A program made the translations under genes and the position numbers. A DNA stretch of 64,000 nt, from contig CAVWWD010000003.1 of assembly GCA_963758635.1 (NCBI GenBank), positions 1,018,292-1,082,291 on the forward strand, given 5' to 3'. The stretch comes from an uncultured Candidatus Rokubacteria bacterium (lineage in GTDB: Bacteria; Methylomirabilota; Methylomirabilia; Rokubacteriales; CSP1-6). How positions within the stretch are numbered: position 1 is the first letter of the stretch; every line of letters begins with the position of its first letter. This document shows positions 32,797 through 43,518 of this stretch, in pieces. Below the pieces are notes generated by a model. The model had not been told where the DNA came from and ran no database searches. It saw only the letters and a list, made by a program, of their open reading frames with translations.

Positions 32797-33657
32797 TTAC
32801 TTTCCGACCCCGCCCGTGATGCCCTGGATGAACCGGTCCAGGAAGAAGTTGTAGAGCAGCGCCACCGGCAGGCCCACCAGCAGCGCCGCCCCCATCAGCG
32901 ATCCCCAGAAGTACACGTCGCCGCGGATCAGCTCCGTCGGCACCCCGACGGGCACCGGCTTCTGGTCGCCGGGGGCGACGAAGGCGAGCCCGTAGAGGAA
33001 GTCCTGCATGGACAGCGTGAAGGCGAAGATGACCAACGTCAGCACGCCAGGCACGCTGACCGGGAGCACCACGCGGAGGAAGGCGCCCAGGTAGCCGCAG
33101 CCGTCCACGCGCGCCGCCTCCTCCATCTCCATCGGGACCGTCTTGAAGAAGCCCATCATGAGCCACGTACAGAAGGGGATCGTGAACGTCGGGTAGACGA
33201 CCACCAGCGCCCACCACGAGTCCTGGAGGCCCAGCTCCGCCACCACCCGCGAGAGCGGCAGGAACAGGATGATCGGAGGCACCAGGTACGTCATGAACAC
33301 CGTGATCCCGGTGTTCTCGGCGCCGGGCAGCCGGAGCCGGGCGAGCGCGTAGCCGGCGGGCACGGCGCAGAGCAGGGTGATCACCGCCACCCACGCGGCG
33401 ATCGTCATGGTGTTCACGATCCAGGCCCCATAGTTCGTCTGAAAGAACAGCGTCTTGAAGTGCTTGAGGGTGGGGGCCATGTTGAACCAGAACGGGATGT
33501 TCTCCATCCGGTACAGGTCCGGATCCTGCTTGAAGGCGGTGATCGCCATCCAGTAGATGGGGAACACCGCGATCAGGACGTACGGCGTCAGCGCCGCGTA
33601 GACGAGGAGATGCCGCTTGCGCTCCTTCTGCCTGAACGTGGCCTCGGTGGTGGCCAC
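32797..33657 (-). CDS. Carbohydrate ABC permease (MalG-like)
   Basis: VPMEMEEAARVDGC, ELIRGDVYFWG. Confidence 0.9.
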   Translation of the reverse strand: MATTEATFRQKERKRHLLVYAALTPYVLIAVFPIYWMAITAFKQDPDLYRMENIPFWFNMAPTLKHFKTLFFQTNYGAWIVNTMTIAAWVAVITLLCAVPAGYALARLRLPGAENTGITVFMTYLVPPIILFLPLSRVVAELGLQDSWWALVVVYPTFTIPFCTWLMMGFFKTVPMEMEEAARVDGCGYLGAFLRVVLPVSVPGVLTLVIFAFTLSMQDFLYGLAFVAPGDQKPVPVGVPTELIRGDVYFWGSLMGAALLVGLPVALLYNFFLDRFIQGITGGVGK

Positions 33658-33660
33658 GTC

Positions 33661-34596
33661 CTAGTACTCCCGCCGCTTGAGGTTGCGGAGGAACAGGAAC
33701 ATCACGGGGGCGAGGAGCGGCACCAGGAACAGCGCGATGGCCGCGCCCCGGCCGAGGCTGCCCGCCTGGATGCCGATCTGATAGGCGAGCACGGGCAGGA
33801 TCTTCGTCGCGTTGGCCGGCCCCCCCTGGGTGAGCAGGTACACCACGGACAGGTCGGAGAGCGTGAACACCGTGTCGAAGAGGAAGCCGATCATCAGGAT
33901 GGGGAAGATCATCGGCGCGACCACGTGGCGGAACCGCTGGAAGAAGCTGCAGCCGTCCACCTTGGCCGCGTCGAGCACCTCGGGCGGCACCGACGTGAAG
34001 CCGGCGAGGAGGACGATGGCCGAGAACGGAAAGCTCCGCCACACGTTCACCGCGATGCACGCCATGAGGGCGAGCGTGGGGTCGCCGAGCCACACCGGCC
34101 ACGACGCGCTGCCGTAGGCGCCGATCAGCCCCATCCGGCTGAGCACCCAGTTGATCACGCTGAACTGGGAGTCGTACATCCACTTCCAGGCGAGCACGCT
34201 GATCGCCACGGGGAGCGTGAAGGGGATCACCACGAGGCCGCGCACGAGCTTCTTGCCGGGGAACTCCTGGAGGAGCAGGAAGGCCAGCGATGTCCCGAGG
34301 AGGCTTTTGAAGATGGCGGCGACCACGAGGAAGATGATGCTGTTCTTGACGGCGATCCAGAACGTCTCCATCTCCCACGCGGCGCGGAAGTTCTCGAGCC
34401 CGACGAAGCTCGCCGCGGGGTCGCCGACGCTGGCGTCCGAGACGGCCAGCCAGAGGGAGAAGAGGAACGGCACGCCAACGAGCAGGAGCACGTAGACGAC
34501 GGCGGGCGCGAGCAGGAGGTAGCCGAACGCGAGGCGTCGAGACGTTCTGGCTGCGGGGCCAGCCGCGCCGCCCGGCGCGCGGGAGCGTAGAGACAA
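33661..34596 (-). CDS. Carbohydrate ABC permease (MalF-like)
   Basis: WRSFPFSAIVLLAGFTSVPPEVLDAAKVDG. Confidence 0.9.
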   Translation of the reverse strand: MSLRSRAPGGAAGPAARTSRRLAFGYLLLAPAVVYVLLLVGVPFLFSLWLAVSDASVGDPAASFVGLENFRAAWEMETFWIAVKNSIIFLVVAAIFKSLLGTSLAFLLLQEFPGKKLVRGLVVIPFTLPVAISVLAWKWMYDSQFSVINWVLSRMGLIGAYGSASWPVWLGDPTLALMACIAVNVWRSFPFSAIVLLAGFTSVPPEVLDAAKVDGCSFFQRFRHVVAPMIFPILMIGFLFDTVFTLSDLSVVYLLTQGGPANATKILPVLAYQIGIQAGSLGRGAAIALFLVPLLAPVMFLFLRNLKRREY

Positions 34597-34647
34597 CAGC
34601 GGCCCGGGCGCCTGCCGCGTCCGGGCCGCCGCGCTGCGACGGAAGGG

Positions 34648-35974
34648 TCATGCGCGCTTGTGCTTCGCGAAGATCCGCCGGTACTCGCCCATGCACCACT
34701 TCATGGCGTTGTCGATGCTCTCGCCGCGGGCGACACGGGTGAAGGTGTCGGGCACCACGAAGAGGTTGACGACCTCCTGAATGGGCGTGACGAACGGGCC
34801 GGGGTAGCCGTAGAAGGCGACGATGGGCGGGAAGTCCTGGAGGATCTGCATCTTGGGATCGGTGCCGATCACGGGCATCGGCTTCTTGGCGAAGCCGTTC
34901 AGGTACGGCATGTTGTAGCCGCGGCTGGCCACCATGCCCTCGCTGAACGTGTCGACCATGTGGGTCGAGGAAGTCCTTGGCGCCCTGCTGGTTCTTGGAG
35001 AACTTCCACACCATCCAGACGTTGGCCGCGCACGTGTTGATCCGCTTGCCTCCGGGCCCGGCCGGCTCCATGGCCACCACGGTGTTCTTGAACACGTCGG
35101 GGTTGGTGTCTTCCGTGGTCCGGTACGCGGAGATCGCGTCGTGGATCCAGCACGCGACGCCGGAGGCGAGGTACCGGTTGTCGGAGGCGTCGTCCCACGA
35201 GAACACCTCGGGGGTCATGCCCTCGTCGAAGAGCGCCTTGGCGAAGCGGAGCGCCTCGCGCGTCTCCTTGGAGTCGATCAGGACGTTCTCGCCGGAGGCA
35301 TCGAGCTCGGCCCCGCCGAAGCTGAACAGGAGCGACCGCCAGTTCAGGTTGGCGTCGGCGCACTGCGAGAACTGGATGCCCGTGGGATGGCCCTTGGGCT
35401 TCAGCGTCCGGGCGGCCACGCGCGCCAGCTCCCAGGTGTCGGGCGCCTTGAGGTTGTTGGCGTCGAACAGGTCCTTCCGGTACAGCATGGGCAGGAGGAT
35501 GTAGAAGAGCGGGATGCCGTACGTCCGGCCCTCGGCCTCGACGAGGGCCTTGGCCGTGGGGATCCACCCGCCGTGCTTCTTGCCCGCCGCCTCGTAAACG
35601 TCGGTGAGGTCGTACAGGCTCTTGTAGTAGAGCCGCGTCAGGATCGACGAGCCGTTCATGATGATGTCGTGGCCCGCCCCCGCCGCGTACTCCGCGGCCA
35701 TGCGCGCCGGGATCTCGAGATGGGGGATGTGGTCCACGCGGACCTTGACGTTGTTCTTCTGGCCCCACGCCTCGGCCAGCTTGTCGAACCGAACGTCGTA
35801 GGCCGGGATGAAATGGCTCCACTGGAGGATGCGCAGCGTCGTGCCCCGCGTCTGGGCGGGCGCCTGGCGCGCGGCCAGCATGGTCGGGATCGTCGCGCCC
35901 GCCACTCCGAGCCCAGCGGTCTTGACGAAATCGCGCCGGCTAACCGTGGGGTGGTCCTGGTTGTCTGGGGTCAT
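34648..35974 (-). CDS. Extracellular solute-binding protein with Tat signal, frameshift near 34960
   Basis: SRRDFVK, QWSHFIPAYD, SWDDASDNR. RBS AGGAGG. Confidence 0.88.
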
Positions 35975-36257
35975 GCCGCACCTCCTGTGTGAGGTTCGTT
36001 CCGGTGAACGACGGCGTACCTGCCGGATGTCCAATGGCTACGGGAAGTCTTCGGGCGGGCCGCCTTCCCGCCAGACCCTGCTCGGCTGCTGGACCGTGCC
36101 CCGGCTGGATGTGTCCGAGGGGCGCTTACCTTCGGAGCCGGATTAGCAGGGCAAATACCATCCGTGGCGGCGATTGTCAAGGTCGGGGCATTCGCCGCGT
36201 CATCGCCGGGCCTCGTTCCGCCTCCTGGGGTGGCCACCTGGCCCCGATCCAGGTATC

Positions 36258-36337
36258 GAGCCTCGCGCATCAGACTAATGCCGAGCGGTGGGACTATAGG
36301 GGGCCCGTGGCGTTACCGTATTCTGCGAAGGCATTAG
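36258..36337 (+). repeat. Repeat family B copy
   Basis: GAGCCTCGCGCATCAGACTAATGCCGAGCGGTGGGACTATAGGGGGCCCGTGGCGTTACCGTATTCTGCG. Confidence 0.85.
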
Positions 36338-36352
36338 CCGGATGGCCGAGGG

Positions 36353-36783
36353 TCAGCCGAGGAGGCCCCGGCGGACGGCCTCGACTGCGGCGCGCGTCCG
36401 GTCCGGCACCTCCAGCTTGGCGAGTACCCGCTGGACGTACTTCTTCACGGTGGCCGGGCTCCACCGGAGGCGCGCGCCGATCTGCCGGTTCGTGAGCCCA
36501 TCGGCCATGAGCGGGTCCAGCTCCACCCGAGGGCCTCCTGGCGGGTGCGCTCCCGCCAGGCCCGCACCGCGAGGGCGGTGATGCCGGCCACGAGCAGCAC
36601 CTGCATGGAATGCAGCGCGAGGGTGAGCGGGCCGACGGGGCCGTGCGGGGCCTCGAGCGCGACGAACTCCACCAGCTCCCAGCCCGCCATGGCCACGAAG
36701 ACCGCGGCGAGGCCGAGCTCGCGGTGCCGCGCGAGCGCCGCGCGCCACGGGCCAGCGCTCGGGTCCGCGGCGTCCGGCGTCAT
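36353..36783 (-). pseudogene. Chimeric remnant: two-TM N-terminus joined out of frame to a LuxR-type HTH
   Basis: TM segments followed, after about 36530, by LMADGLTNRQIGARLRWSPATVKKYVQRVLAKLEVPDRTRAAVEA. Confidence 0.6.
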
Positions 36784-38000
36784 GCCGCGCGGGCCAGGAC
36801 GCGGGCGGGCGGCCGCAGCCCGAGGCCGGTGACGATGCCGGCGGCGCCCAGCGCGAACGAGACGAGGAACAGGCCCTGGTAGGAGCCGAACGTGTCGTGG
36901 ATGGCGCCGCCCGCCCACGAGCCCAGGCCCATGCCCGTGCACGAGATCACGAACACCGCCCCGTACACCGTGCCCATGACCCGCTCGCCGAAGTACTCGC
37001 GGGTGAGGAGCGCGTAGAGCGGCATGGCCGCGCCGTACGCGATGCCGAACAGCACGCCGAGCGCGTAGAGCCCGCCGGTCGTCTGCACGAACAGGTACGT
37101 CGACACCATCAGGGCCTGGAAGACGAGCGCGACCACCAGCGTCTGCTTGGCGCCCCATCGGTCGGCCACGACGCCCGTCACGACGCGGCCCCCGATCGAC
37201 GCGAGCCCCGACGCGCCGAGGATGCCGGCTGCCGTCATGCTTGCCACACCCTGGTCGATGGCGTGCGACACCATGTGGAAGATGGGGCCGGAGTGGGCGG
37301 CGCAGCACGCGAAGTGGGTGAGCGCGATGGCCCAGAACGGCCACGTGCGCACGGCGGCGGCGCCGGCGTTGGCGATGGAGGGCGGGGCGGCGCCGCCGCG
37401 GGCGAGCGGTGCGCGCGCCGGCCGCGCCTCGCCCGGCGCGGGCCGGAGCAGCAGCGCGGCGGGGATGACCACGAGCCAGGCGAGGTCGCCCAGCATCCAG
37501 AACGTCGTCCGCCAGTCGAAGGTGTCGATGAGCCAGCGGGTGAGCGGTGAGAGGACGAGGATGCCGAAGCCGTTCCCGGAGGACACGACCGCCGCGGCCA
37601 TGCCGCGCCGATCGTCGAACCACTTCACCGCCGTCACCGTCAGGGGCACGTAAAAGCAGCTCACGCCGCCGCCCACGAGGACCCCGAACGTGATGTAGAA
37701 GTGCCACGGCTCCGTGACGCGGCTCGAGAGCACCAGGCCGAGGCCGAGCAGCACCCCACCCGCGAGCACGACCGCCCGGGTCCCGATGCGATCCGAGAGG
37801 TAGCCGGCGATGAGCCCGCCCACGCCCATCACGAACCAGTTCAGGAAGCTGATGGCGCCGATGCTCGAGCGGCTCCAGCCGAGCGCGTCCTCGATGGGCT
37901 TCAGGAACACGCCGAGCGTGAACAGCGTGCCGATCGACATCGTGATGATGACGAATGCGGCGGCGAGGACGATCCAGGCGTGGACGGGACGGTTGGCCAT
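36780..38000 (-). CDS. MFS transporter (OFA/MCT-like)
   Basis: GYLSDRIGTR and GVVADRWGAK motif A, 12-TM pattern. Confidence 0.9.
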   Translation of the reverse strand: MANRPVHAWIVLAAAFVIITMSIGTLFTLGVFLKPIEDALGWSRSSIGAISFLNWFVMGVGGLIAGYLSDRIGTRAVVLAGGVLLGLGLVLSSRVTEPWHFYITFGVLVGGGVSCFYVPLTVTAVKWFDDRRGMAAAVVSSGNGFGILVLSPLTRWLIDTFDWRTTFWMLGDLAWLVVIPAALLLRPAPGEARPARAPLARGGAAPPSIANAGAAAVRTWPFWAIALTHFACCAAHSGPIFHMVSHAIDQGVASMTAAGILGASGLASIGGRVVTGVVADRWGAKQTLVVALVFQALMVSTYLFVQTTGGLYALGVLFGIAYGAAMPLYALLTREYFGERVMGTVYGAVFVISCTGMGLGSWAGGAIHDTFGSYQGLFLVSFALGAAGIVTGLGLRPPARVLARAA

Positions 38001-38134
38001 GGGCGCCATTCTACCCGCGGTCAGCCGCGGGCCGACGCGATCAGCGCCCGGACCGTCCGCGGGGCCTCCGCGGGGACCACGCCGACGATGGGCCCGGCGG
38101 TCCCGACGCGGGACAGGGCCCGGCACGCGGAGAG

Positions 38135-38166
38135 TCGAGGAGCCCGGCCATGCCCGGGCTCCTCGA
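38135..38166 (-). terminator. 13-bp hairpin downstream of the TRAP operon
   Basis: TCGAGGAGCCCGG / CCGGGCTCCTCGA. Confidence 0.5.
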
Positions 38167-38189
38167 GATCTGCCGGGGTCCGCGCGCGC

Positions 38190-39251
38190 CTACTTCAGAT
38201 AGCCGTGCTCCTTCCAGATCGCATACTGCTTGCGGAAGGCGGCGAGGCTATCGTGCGCGCGCTTGAAGTCCGGGTCCTTGGCGGACTCCTCGGCGATCAC
38301 CTCTTCCCACGCCGAGCGCATCCGCGCCAGGATCGCGTCGGACCAGAAGTGGATCTTGACGCCGTGCTTGTCCACCAACTCGCGCATGGCCCCGAACTGC
38401 CGGGCCTCGCTGTTGACGAAGGTCCACGTGATGTTGGCGTCGCAGGCGACCTCGATCATCCTCTTGTGTTCCTCGGACAGCTCGTTCCACTTCTTGTTGT
38501 TGACCAGGAGCTCGCCCACCGACGTTTGCTGATGCCAGCCCGGGAAGTAGTAGTGCTTGGCGACCTGGTGGAAGCCCTGCTTGAGGTCGATGGACGGGAA
38601 GGCCAGCTCGGTGGCGTCGATGAGCCCGCGCTCCAGGGCCGGGAAGATGTCGCCGGGGGGAATGAGCTGCGTCTGGACGCCGAGCTTCTGCATCACCCGC
38701 GCCCCCAGCCCGAAGAACCGCATCTTCAGGCCCTTGAGGTCGTCGAGCGACTTGATCTCCTTGCGAAACCACCCGGACGCCTCGGGCGCGATCGTGATGC
38801 AGCTGATGCCCCTGACGCCGTGGCGCGCGTAGATCTCGTCCTTCAGCTTGTGGCCACCGCCGTACTTGAGCCACGCGAGATACTCGCCGGTGTTGGGCCC
38901 GAACGGCACCGTGGTGAACCAGGGCGCGGCCGGGATGGTCGCCACGTGGAAGCCGGGCGTGGTCCACCCCACCTCCGCCGTCCCCTTGGCCACGGCGTTG
39001 AAGACCTCGAACGCCGGGACGAGGGCGCCCGGCTCGAAGAACTTGAGGTCGAGCGCGCCGCCCGACATCTTCCGGAGGTTCTCCGAGAAGACCGGGCCGC
39101 TCTCGCCCACGACGTCGAGGGTGCTCTGGAAGGCGCTCGGCATCTTCCAGCGGACCCGCTGCTGGGCCGCGGCGTCCCCGGGCAGGACGAGCGGGACGGT
39201 CAGCGCACTCACGAGGGCCAGGAGCGAGACACGCGCGATGAAGGATCGCAT
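38190..39251 (-). CDS. dctP: TRAP transporter substrate-binding protein (DctP/TakP-like)
   Basis: WKMPSAF, GWFRKEI..DLKGLKMR, YYFPGWHQ. Confidence 0.9.
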   Translation of the reverse strand: MRSFIARVSLLALVSALTVPLVLPGDAAAQQRVRWKMPSAFQSTLDVVGESGPVFSENLRKMSGGALDLKFFEPGALVPAFEVFNAVAKGTAEVGWTTPGFHVATIPAAPWFTTVPFGPNTGEYLAWLKYGGGHKLKDEIYARHGVRGISCITIAPEASGWFRKEIKSLDDLKGLKMRFFGLGARVMQKLGVQTQLIPPGDIFPALERGLIDATELAFPSIDLKQGFHQVAKHYYFPGWHQQTSVGELLVNNKKWNELSEEHKRMIEVACDANITWTFVNSEARQFGAMRELVDKHGVKIHFWSDAILARMRSAWEEVIAEESAKDPDFKRAHDSLAAFRKQYAIWKEHGYLK

Positions 39252-39321
39252 GGTCACACCTCCGTGTTCGGGGTCTGGGCCTGGGCGTGGTCGCGATGGA
39301 CGACCAGAGGGCGGGTGATCG

Positions 39322-40704
39322 TCATTCGAGAAAACCCGCCACTCGCGGGAGCCACAAGATGATGCTCGGGTAGTAGATGCAGAGCCCCAGTCCGACGAGC
39401 TGGAGCACCACGAACGGGTACATGCCCCGGTACACGTCGCTCATGGTCACACCGGGGGGCGCCGTGCCCTTCATGTAGAACAGCGTCGCGCCGAAGGGCG
39501 GGGTCATGAACGCGGTCTGGAGGTTCACGGCGACGAGCCCGCCGAACCACGTCATCAGGGCGGCCTTGCTCACGCCGTGCTCGGCGAAGTCGTAGCGCGC
39601 GAGGATCGGCCCGAACACGGGCAGCACGATCAGGCAGATCTCGATCCACTCGAACGGGAAGCCGAGGAGGAAGATCAGTACCATCACGAAGCCGAGCATC
39701 TCCCACTTCGTGTCGATGCCGAGGTTCGTCAGCGTCGAGAGCATCAGCTCGTCGCCGCCCAGCACGCGGAACACGTACGAGAACCCCGTGGCCCCGAGGA
39801 AGATCAGGAACACCAGGCCATTCGACTTGGCCGCCGACACGATGGCCTCGTGCATCATCCGCACGGTCAGGCGCCGGTTGATCGCGGCGATGGCCATGGC
39901 GCCGAGGACGCCGACGGCCCCGCTCTCGGTCGGTGTGGCCCAACCGGCGAAGATCGAGCCGATGACGATCACCATCAGCGCCGTCATCGGGAAGAGGCCC
40001 CGCCACACCGCCAGCCAGAACTCGCCGCGGGTCTGGGGGCCGTACTCCGGCGGAAGCCTGGGCGCCTTGTCGGGCTTCACGATGGCGACGGCGATGATGT
40101 AGATCAAGTACAGCCCCGAGAGCACGAAGCCGGGCACGGTGGCGGCCAGGAACAGCGAGCCCGCCAACGTCGCCAGCATCTCCGCCATCACCACGAGCAT
40201 GATGGCGGGCGGGATGAGGATGCCGAGCGTGCCGGCCGAGCCGATGGTGCCGATGGCCAGCCGCTTGTCGTAGCCCGACGCGAGCATCTGCGGCAGCGCG
40301 ATCACCGAGAGCGTGACCACCGCGGCGCCGACCACGCCGATCGGCGCGGCGAGGATGGTGCCCATGACCATGACGGCGACGGCCAGCGCGCCGGGGACGC
40401 GCTTGAGCAGCACCTCCGTCGCCTTCAGCATGTCCATCGCCGAGCCCGACCGCTCGAGGATCGTGCCCATGAAGATGAACATGGGGATGGAGGCCAGCAC
40501 CGCGTCGGCGGCCACGCCGCCCCACATGCGCAGCAGCACGTCGTAGAGCCCCACGAGGTTGAAGACGCCCAGGAACGAGCCGACCAGGGCGAAGACCAGC
40601 GCCATTCCGCCCATGAGAAAGGCCACGGGGTAGCCCATGAAGATCACGAAGAACATCGCCACGAACATGATCAGCGCGAGGTTGTCGGCGAGCCAGTCGA
40701 GCAC
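39322..40704 (-). CDS. dctM: TRAP transporter large permease
   Basis: GTLGILIPPAI, TPTESGAVG, QTAFMTPPFG. Confidence 0.92.
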   Translation of the reverse strand: MLDWLADNLALIMFVAMFFVIFMGYPVAFLMGGMALVFALVGSFLGVFNLVGLYDVLLRMWGGVAADAVLASIPMFIFMGTILERSGSAMDMLKATEVLLKRVPGALAVAVMVMGTILAAPIGVVGAAVVTLSVIALPQMLASGYDKRLAIGTIGSAGTLGILIPPAIMLVVMAEMLATLAGSLFLAATVPGFVLSGLYLIYIIAVAIVKPDKAPRLPPEYGPQTRGEFWLAVWRGLFPMTALMVIVIGSIFAGWATPTESGAVGVLGAMAIAAINRRLTVRMMHEAIVSAAKSNGLVFLIFLGATGFSYVFRVLGGDELMLSTLTNLGIDTKWEMLGFVMVLIFLLGFPFEWIEICLIVLPVFGPILARYDFAEHGVSKAALMTWFGGLVAVNLQTAFMTPPFGATLFYMKGTAPPGVTMSDVYRGMYPFVVLQLVGLGLCIYYPSIILWLPRVAGFLE

Positions 40705-41265
40705 CTAGACCTCCAGGGTCGTGTGGCCGATCTGAAGGTTGACCTCCGCCTCGGGCCGCCGGCCGAACAGGAACACGATCACGCGAGCCAGCACGCTGAG
40801 GATCCCGAGCAGCACCAGCCAGATCCCGACGGCGTAGACCGCCTTGATGATCCAGCGATGGGTGAGGCCGAACGGGCTCTCGGACTGCTCGGCGACCCGG
40901 TAGGACGTGGCGACGAAGTCCAGGCTGTGGTAGCAGACGAGCGCCACGTACGGCAACGCGAACACCACGCAGCCGATGAGCTCGAGCCACGCCTTGCGCC
41001 GGAAGGTCAGCTTCTCGGTGAAGGAGTCGACCCGGGGATGGGCGTTGATCACGTAGCCGTAGCCCATCCACATCGAGAAGATCACGGCGTGAAAGTGCCA
41101 CTCGAGCTCTTGCAGCTTCGTGAGGGGCACGGGGAGGCCCGTCTTGCGCGCGAGGACGTCGAAGCAGGTCACGAGGGCCATGACGACGAGCAGCCAGCCG
41201 GACGCGAGCGCTACCCGCTCGAGCAACCGTCGGGTGCCGTCGGCGAACCCCAGAAGGGCCTTCAC
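40705..41265 (-). CDS. dctQ: TRAP transporter small permease
   Basis: QELEWHF, HPRVD, 4 TM. Directly upstream of dctM. Confidence 0.88.
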   Translation of the reverse strand: MKALLGFADGTRRLLERVALASGWLLVVMALVTCFDVLARKTGLPVPLTKLQELEWHFHAVIFSMWMGYGYVINAHPRVDSFTEKLTFRRKAWLELIGCVVFALPYVALVCYHSLDFVATSYRVAEQSESPFGLTHRWIIKAVYAVGIWLVLLGILSVLARVIVFLFGRRPEAEVNLQIGHTTLEV

Positions 41266-41506
41266 GCGCCTCGCGGCCTGGTTGTCATGCTCATCGCGAT
41301 GGCGCCCCCTAACTGCCACATACGCCCGCTCTCGTCAAGAGCCGTGGCCAGCGGGCGCGGCGCGCCAGGGTGGTCGTCGGGCGGGGCGGGCTCGGTCCTG
41401 CCCGCCGCCGCGTCGGCCCGCCCGGGGTCGCCAGCGGCTGTCGGAGGCCTCCGTTCGGAGCAGCCGACGGAGCCGCTCGTGGAAGATGGACGGCCGGGGA
41501 CGGCCC

Positions 41507-42238
41507 TCAGCCGGCGGAAGGGCCGAGCAGCAGCGCCTCCACGGCCCGCAGGTCCTCCTCGGTATCCACGCCGATGGTCGGCTCGTCGGTCTCGACGACG
41601 CGGATCGGGATGCCGTTTTCCAGCAGCCGGAGCTGCTCCAGGTTCTCCGCGCGCTCGAGCGGCGAGCGGGGCAGGGCGTGGAACGCCTCGAGGACGGCGC
41701 GCCGGTAAGCGTAGAGGCCCACGTGCTTCCAGTAGACGACCTCGCCGTGGCCGTCGCGGTCGAACGGGATTGGCAGGCGCGAGAAGTAGAGGGCGTTGCC
41801 GCGGGCATCGGTGACGACCTTGTTGGCGGTGCGGGTCGCCACCTCCTCGGGGGTGGCGCGGATCTTGAGCGTGGTCACCTGCACGGCGGAGTCGGCGAAC
41901 GGGCCGACGAGCCCGGCGATGTGCCCGGGCGACACCAGCGGCTCGTCGCCCTGGATGTTCACGTACACGTCGGCGACGCGGGATCGCGACACCTCCCAGA
42001 GGCGGTCGGTGCCGGAGGCGTGATCGGCGGCCGTCATCATCGCGGGCACGTCGTGGTCGCGGCACATGGAGAGCACCTCTTCGGAGTCCGTCGCGACGAC
42101 CAGGTCCGAGAGCGCGGGCGCGCGTCGCGCGCTCCGGAACACGCGCACCACGAGGGGCAGCCCGGCGACCTCGCGGAGCACCTTGCGGGGCAGGCGCGTC
42201 GACGCGAGGCGGGCGGGGATGACCCCGAGGACTACCAT
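41507..42238 (-). CDS. kdsB: 3-deoxy-manno-octulosonate cytidylyltransferase
   Basis: IPARLASTRLPRK, SGTDR, NIQGDEP, ALYFSR, ENLEQLRLLE, GVDTEEDL. Confidence 0.93.
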   Translation of the reverse strand: MVVLGVIPARLASTRLPRKVLREVAGLPLVVRVFRSARRAPALSDLVVATDSEEVLSMCRDHDVPAMMTAADHASGTDRLWEVSRSRVADVYVNIQGDEPLVSPGHIAGLVGPFADSAVQVTTLKIRATPEEVATRTANKVVTDARGNALYFSRLPIPFDRDGHGEVVYWKHVGLYAYRRAVLEAFHALPRSPLERAENLEQLRLLENGIPIRVVETDEPTIGVDTEEDLRAVEALLLGPSAG

Positions 42239-42241
42239 GGC

Positions 42242-42390
42242 ACGGGCACCCGGGCTGGCGCCCGCCCGTGCCGGCGGCTCGCTCCGCTCGGTCGGCGGCG
42301 TGCGACGGGCACCCGGGCTGGCGCCCGCCCGTGCCGGCGGCTCGCTCCGCTCGGTCGGCGGCGTGCGACGGGCACCCGGGCTGCGCCCGC
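42242..42390. repeat. 63-bp tandem repeat (2 identical units plus a partial third)
   Basis: ACGGGCACCCGGGCTGGCGCCCGCCCGTGCCGGCGGCTCGCTCCGCTCGGTCGGCGGCGTGCG at 42242 and 42305, partial at 42368. Confidence 0.9.
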
Positions 42391-43434
42391 TCACTTCGGG
42401 TCGGCGCCGAACGCGCGGACGGTGCGGAGGAGGCTCGCGTGTGGGTCGGTGGCGCCGGCGGAGAAGGGCATCACGACGGGCTGGGTCAGGCCCGCCTTGG
42501 CGTATTGCGCGATGCGGTCGCGGCAGAAGTCCTCGGGGCCGACCACGCCGAGGCCGTCCAGGAAGCGGCCGGAGACCTCGCGCACGGCCTGCGCGCGGTC
42601 CCCCGCCGTCCACGCGGCGTTCAGCCGGTCCACCTCGGGAGCGAAGCCCGAATCGCGGAAGAAGCTCGCGTACGAGTCGACGATCGCGTAGGAGGTGATG
42701 TCGCGGGCCAGGGCCTGGCGCACCGGCTCCGTCTCGTCGGTCACGCAGGTGCGGATGAACGCGGCGAGCTCGAAGTCGGCGAGGCTCCGTCCCGCCCTCT
42801 TCGCCCCCGCCTCGATGCGACGGATCGACGCGGGCACCGCCTCGGGCGGCAGCCAGTTCAGCAGCACGCCGTCGGCCACCTCGCCGGCCAGCTCGAGCAT
42901 CCGCGGGCCGAGGGCGGCCAGGTAGATGCGCACCGGGGCGGGCGGCGGCGGCACGGCGAGCTTGAAGTTCCGCGCCTGGTAGTGGCGGCCCTCGAAGTTC
43001 ACGCGCTCGCCGGAGAGCACCAGGCGGATGAGCCGGACCGCCTCGCGGAGCTGCGCGAGCGGCCGCTCGAAGGGCAGCCCGTGCCACTGGCTCACGATGA
43101 TGCGGCTCGAGATGCCGAGGCCGAGACAGATCCGTCCCGGCGCGAGGTGGCCGAGCGTGGTCGCGGTCATGCCGAGGGTCTGCGGCGTCCGGATCTGCAC
43201 GGGGATCACGCCGGAGGCGATCGACACGCGCCGGGTGTGCGTGGCGAGCACCGTCATCGTGGTGATGGCGTCCCCGCCCGCGGACTCGCCCGTCCAGATG
43301 GTGTCGTAGCCGCGCGCCTCCGCCTCGCGGGCGAGCGCCACGAAGTCGTCGAGGCCGAGCGGGCGCAGCAGCGAGAGCGACACGCCGAGTCGGGTGCCGG
43401 TCCGGTCGCCGCGGTCGAAATCGACACGTTCCAT
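42391..43434 (-). CDS. LLM-class flavin/F420-dependent oxidoreductase
   Basis: AEARGYDTIWTGE, RICLGLG, IYLAALGPRMLELAGEVADG. Confidence 0.88.
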   Translation of the reverse strand: MERVDFDRGDRTGTRLGVSLSLLRPLGLDDFVALAREAEARGYDTIWTGESAGGDAITTMTVLATHTRRVSIASGVIPVQIRTPQTLGMTATTLGHLAPGRICLGLGISSRIIVSQWHGLPFERPLAQLREAVRLIRLVLSGERVNFEGRHYQARNFKLAVPPPPAPVRIYLAALGPRMLELAGEVADGVLLNWLPPEAVPASIRRIEAGAKRAGRSLADFELAAFIRTCVTDETEPVRQALARDITSYAIVDSYASFFRDSGFAPEVDRLNAAWTAGDRAQAVREVSGRFLDGLGVVGPEDFCRDRIAQYAKAGLTQPVVMPFSAGATDPHASLLRTVRAFGADPK

Positions 43435-43518
43435 GGCGGCATCCTAGCATGCCGTCCCGGCACGCTCCGGCGGCGCCCGGCGCGTGTCTTCGCCCCGACG
43501 GAGCCACGGGCCGTTCGC

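Noticed and set aside
32705..36034. 1109-aa binding-protein fusion
   Set aside because: Artefact of the frameshift near 34960; the permeases are encoded in other frames.
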